Source of the DNA: Octopus sinensis
Taxonomy: Eukaryota
NCBI RefSeq assembly: GCF_006345805.1
Contig: NC_043015.1
Span: 19,158,001 to 19,222,000, forward strand
DNA: 64,000 nt
Direction: 5' to 3'
The stretch's first letter is position 1. Each line of letters opens with the position of its first letter. This document shows positions 60,996-64,000 of the stretch, one piece after another. The notes under the pieces were generated by a model that worked only from the letters and a program-made list of their open reading frames with translations, did not search any database and was not told where the DNA came from. Both the position numbers and the translations under genes were made by a program.

Positions 60996-61234
60996 ATGCA
61001 TAATTATTTTTTTGAAAAAAACATTGTAAATTTCTTTTTTCCCCTTCCTCAATTTAAAAAAAATTTCTTTTCCTCTTCCAAATCTTCAATAAAAACCGAT
61101 TTGATTTATTATTTTTTCCTTTTTAATTTTCCATACACCCATTTTTATTAAAATTTACTTTCATTCTGCCTTATTATAACTTTTCCTCCCCTAACATTTC
61201 TCCATGTGCGATCAACACAACCCCACCATTACTG

Positions 61235-61288
61235 ATTGTGTATATATATTATATATATATATATAATAGATATATTATATATATATGC

Positions 61289-61327
<39 letters not shown>

Positions 61328-61347
61328 TATATATATATATTATATGC

Positions 61348-61423
<76 letters not shown>

Positions 61424-61467
61424 ATAATATATAATGTATATGTATATATTATATATATTATATATAT

Positions 61468-61501
<34 letters not shown>

Positions 61502-61591
61502 TATTAATATATATATATGTATATCTATGTATATATATATATTGTATATATATTATATATATATATTAATATATATATATGTATATCTATG

Positions 61592-61646
<55 letters not shown>

Positions 61647-61735
61647 GTATATATATGTATATATATATATGTATATATATATATATACATATATAAATAT
61701 ATACATAATATATATAATATATATATATTATATAT

Positions 61736-61767
<32 letters not shown>

Positions 61768-61953
61768 CAATAATATATATATATATAATATATATACATA
61801 TATATATACATATATATATATACATATATATATATACACATATATATATATATACACATATATATACATATATATTATATACATATATATACGTATATAT
61901 ATATATATATAGATATATATACATATATATATACATAGATATACATATATATA

Positions 61954-61997
<44 letters not shown>

Positions 61998-62208
61998 AAT
62001 AAAAAATGGAGTCAACGCAGGTTTAAACAAGTATTTTTTCTTTCTACATATGTTTCAAAATTCCACTGATACTTATTCAAAAGAATAAAAGGTATAAACA
62101 ATGCAATCTTCTCTTCGAGATTTTGTGAGATTTTGCTGCCTGGTAACTATGATTCATTATCCGTGTTAATTGTTAACAAGGTAAAATACACTCATCTATT
62201 TATATATA

Positions 62209-62241
<33 letters not shown>

Positions 62242-62261
62242 GCATATGTTATATTATATAT

Positions 62262-62305
<44 letters not shown>

Positions 62306-62419
62306 ATATATATAATATATGCATATGTATATATATATAATATATATAGATATATATATATATATATATTATATATGTTTATATATAATATATATATATA
62401 TTATATATATATATTATAA

Positions 62420-62456
<37 letters not shown>

Positions 62457-62473
62457 TTATATAGTTATTAATG

Positions 62474-62520
<47 letters not shown>

Positions 62521-62654
62521 ATATCTATGTATATATATATATGTATATATATAATATATATTACGTATATATAGGATATATATATAGATATATATAGTGA
62601 TATATATATATGTATATATATGTGTATATATATATATATGTATATATATATATG

Positions 62655-62686
<32 letters not shown>

Positions 62687-62690
62687 TACC

Positions 62691-62729
<39 letters not shown>

Positions 62730-62858
62730 ATATATATATACATATATATAATATATAATATATATATATTACATATATATTACATATATATATACATATA
62801 TATATATACATATATATATAACATATATATATACATATATATATACATATATATATAC

Positions 62859-62889
<31 letters not shown>

Positions 62890-62932
62890 CAATATATATA
62901 TACATATATATATACATATATATATATATACA
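61235..62932. repeat. Two long (TA)n-rich microsatellites around a ~200-bp island
   Basis: 61235-61995 and 62200-62932. Confidence 0.95.
62038..62120 (-). ncRNA. Partially decayed hammerhead-like motif
   Basis: ..CGAAGAG-AAGATTGCATTG..CAGTGGAATTTT-GAAAC-ATAT-GTA. Good stem II and palindrome ACATATGT, but the 5' core and stem I are poor. Confidence 0.35.
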
Positions 62933-63452
62933 GATTTTTCTCCACAGTAACTGCTGTGTATTTGCCTTTTAGCAGTTGAAATATATGACAAACATATTTC
63001 CTAAATTCCTAAATTTATGCTTTGAATTGCCTAAATTCATGACCTAAATCCGTTACCTAAATTCATGCTTTTAATTGCCACTAATATTACTATTTTCTCA
63101 TAATATATGTTTATGAATTATTCGCTTCGTTCATTTTCAGAATGCGCATTAGGCGTTCACATGAACAAGCAAGCATGTGAGGTAAGTATCTTTAAATTTA
63201 GCTTCTTTTGCAGTAGACTTGACTGAGGAAGAACAAGTGCCCCATGGCACAAATCCCAAAATCAGTACTACGTTATCTGCTATCCACTTTGCAGACTTCA
63301 TGGAGATAGGAACTATAATTTGTATTCAACACCTACTTTTCACCATGCTTGTTTTTAAGTGAGCTCTTTGTGCCTAAGGAGTTAATTTAACTCCTATTTC
63401 AAGTGAAGGTGGTACTTTTCCCATACCACAATTATATTATGTATGTATGTAT

Positions 63453-63684
63453 GTTTTGTTTTGTTTTGTTTTGTTTTTCCAGTTTCAGCTCTTGAGCTGT
63501 GGCCATGCTGGGGCACCACCATTGTGGTGAAAGAGTACAGCAGGGATCACCACCCCCTGCCGGAGCCTCGTAGAGCTTTTAGGTGTTTTCGCTCAATAAA
63601 CACACACAACGCCCGGTCTGAGAATCGAAACCGCGATCCTGCGACCGCGAGTCCGCTGCCCTAACCACTAGGCCATTGCGCCTC
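63453..63684 (-). mobile_element. Young tRNA-derived SINE with CR1-like tail
   Basis: TGGCCTAGTGG A-box, GGTTTCGATTC B-box, tail GGTGGTGCCCCAGCATGGCCACAGCTCAAGAGCTGAAACTGG and (CAAAA)n. Confidence 0.9.
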
Positions 63685-63699
63685 TGTATATATATATCT

Positions 63700-64000
63700 G
63701 ATAGAAGGTGTGTAAGCTATGGACACATAAAAGGTGCAGCAATATCAGAGGAAGCTTAACAGGGAAAATAGCTTTTGAGTATGGAAGATGCACAGGTGCA
63801 ATAAACACAGAAAATGTACAGAAAATAGACTCCATCAACTGCCAGTGTGGTATGCTAGAGGTAGTAGATGGCTTCCATTATCTAGGTAACCAAGTTAGTA
63901 GTGGAGGTGGATGCTGTGAGAGTGTACCTGTGAGAATAAGTATAGGCTGGGCAAAGTTCAGAAAGCTCCTACCTCTGCTAGAAACAAAGGACCTCTCCTT
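63700..64000 (+). mobile_element. RTE LINE RT fragment running off the window
   Basis: Similar to the reverse complement of 20150-20460 (GCTATGGACACATAA.., GAGGTAGTAGATGGCTTCCATTATCTAGG, GGGCAAAGTTCAG). Confidence 0.75.

Noticed and set aside
63141-63181. Plus-strand mini-exon-like segment (ttttcag| ... GAG|gtaagt); a similar one lies at ~8999-9033
   Set aside because: Isolated, with no supporting neighbouring exons or homology; could be chance or lncRNA, and cannot be supported from sequence alone.
55262-64000. Expected upstream SLC5 exon (PG.PGLF..SG.LS)
   Set aside because: Not found by eye; probably lies beyond the window.

Overview
AT-rich animal genomic DNA, most likely an Octopus/cephalopod. 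This is inferred from the tRNA-derived SINE families and large (TA)n tracts; no search was run. The only host gene I can support is a minus-strand SLC5 sodium:solute symporter of the SMCT/SMVT/NIS subfamily. Five exons have GT-AG boundaries (55149-55261, 32025-32095, 31797-31883, 25771-25985, 9375-9487). The first four join in frame; the exon for the last TM helix and the terminal exon are unresolved. The introns are packed with transposable elements: one nearly intact mariner, several mariner/Tc1/maT relics, two hAT families, Gypsy fragments, Helitron pieces, RTE and CR1 LINEs, and SINEs that share a 3' tail with the CR1 LINE. The most interesting signal is six hammerhead-ribozyme-like motifs (553-590, 33138-33235, 39984-40020, 58475-58519, 59192-59249, 62038-62120). 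Each has a palindromic stem III and sits in a different short element next to (TA)n or AT/CA microsatellite. Three of these elements also carry inverted repeats. They look like non-autonomous Penelope-like/retrozyme elements. One is a ~349-nt tandem that folds back 6 nt from the predicted cleavage site. Another is a 3.6-kb, extremely AT-rich nested inverted repeat. Four of the six motifs are sense to the SLC5 pre-mRNA. All structures were paired by eye, TE boundaries are approximate, and ribozyme activity is untested.
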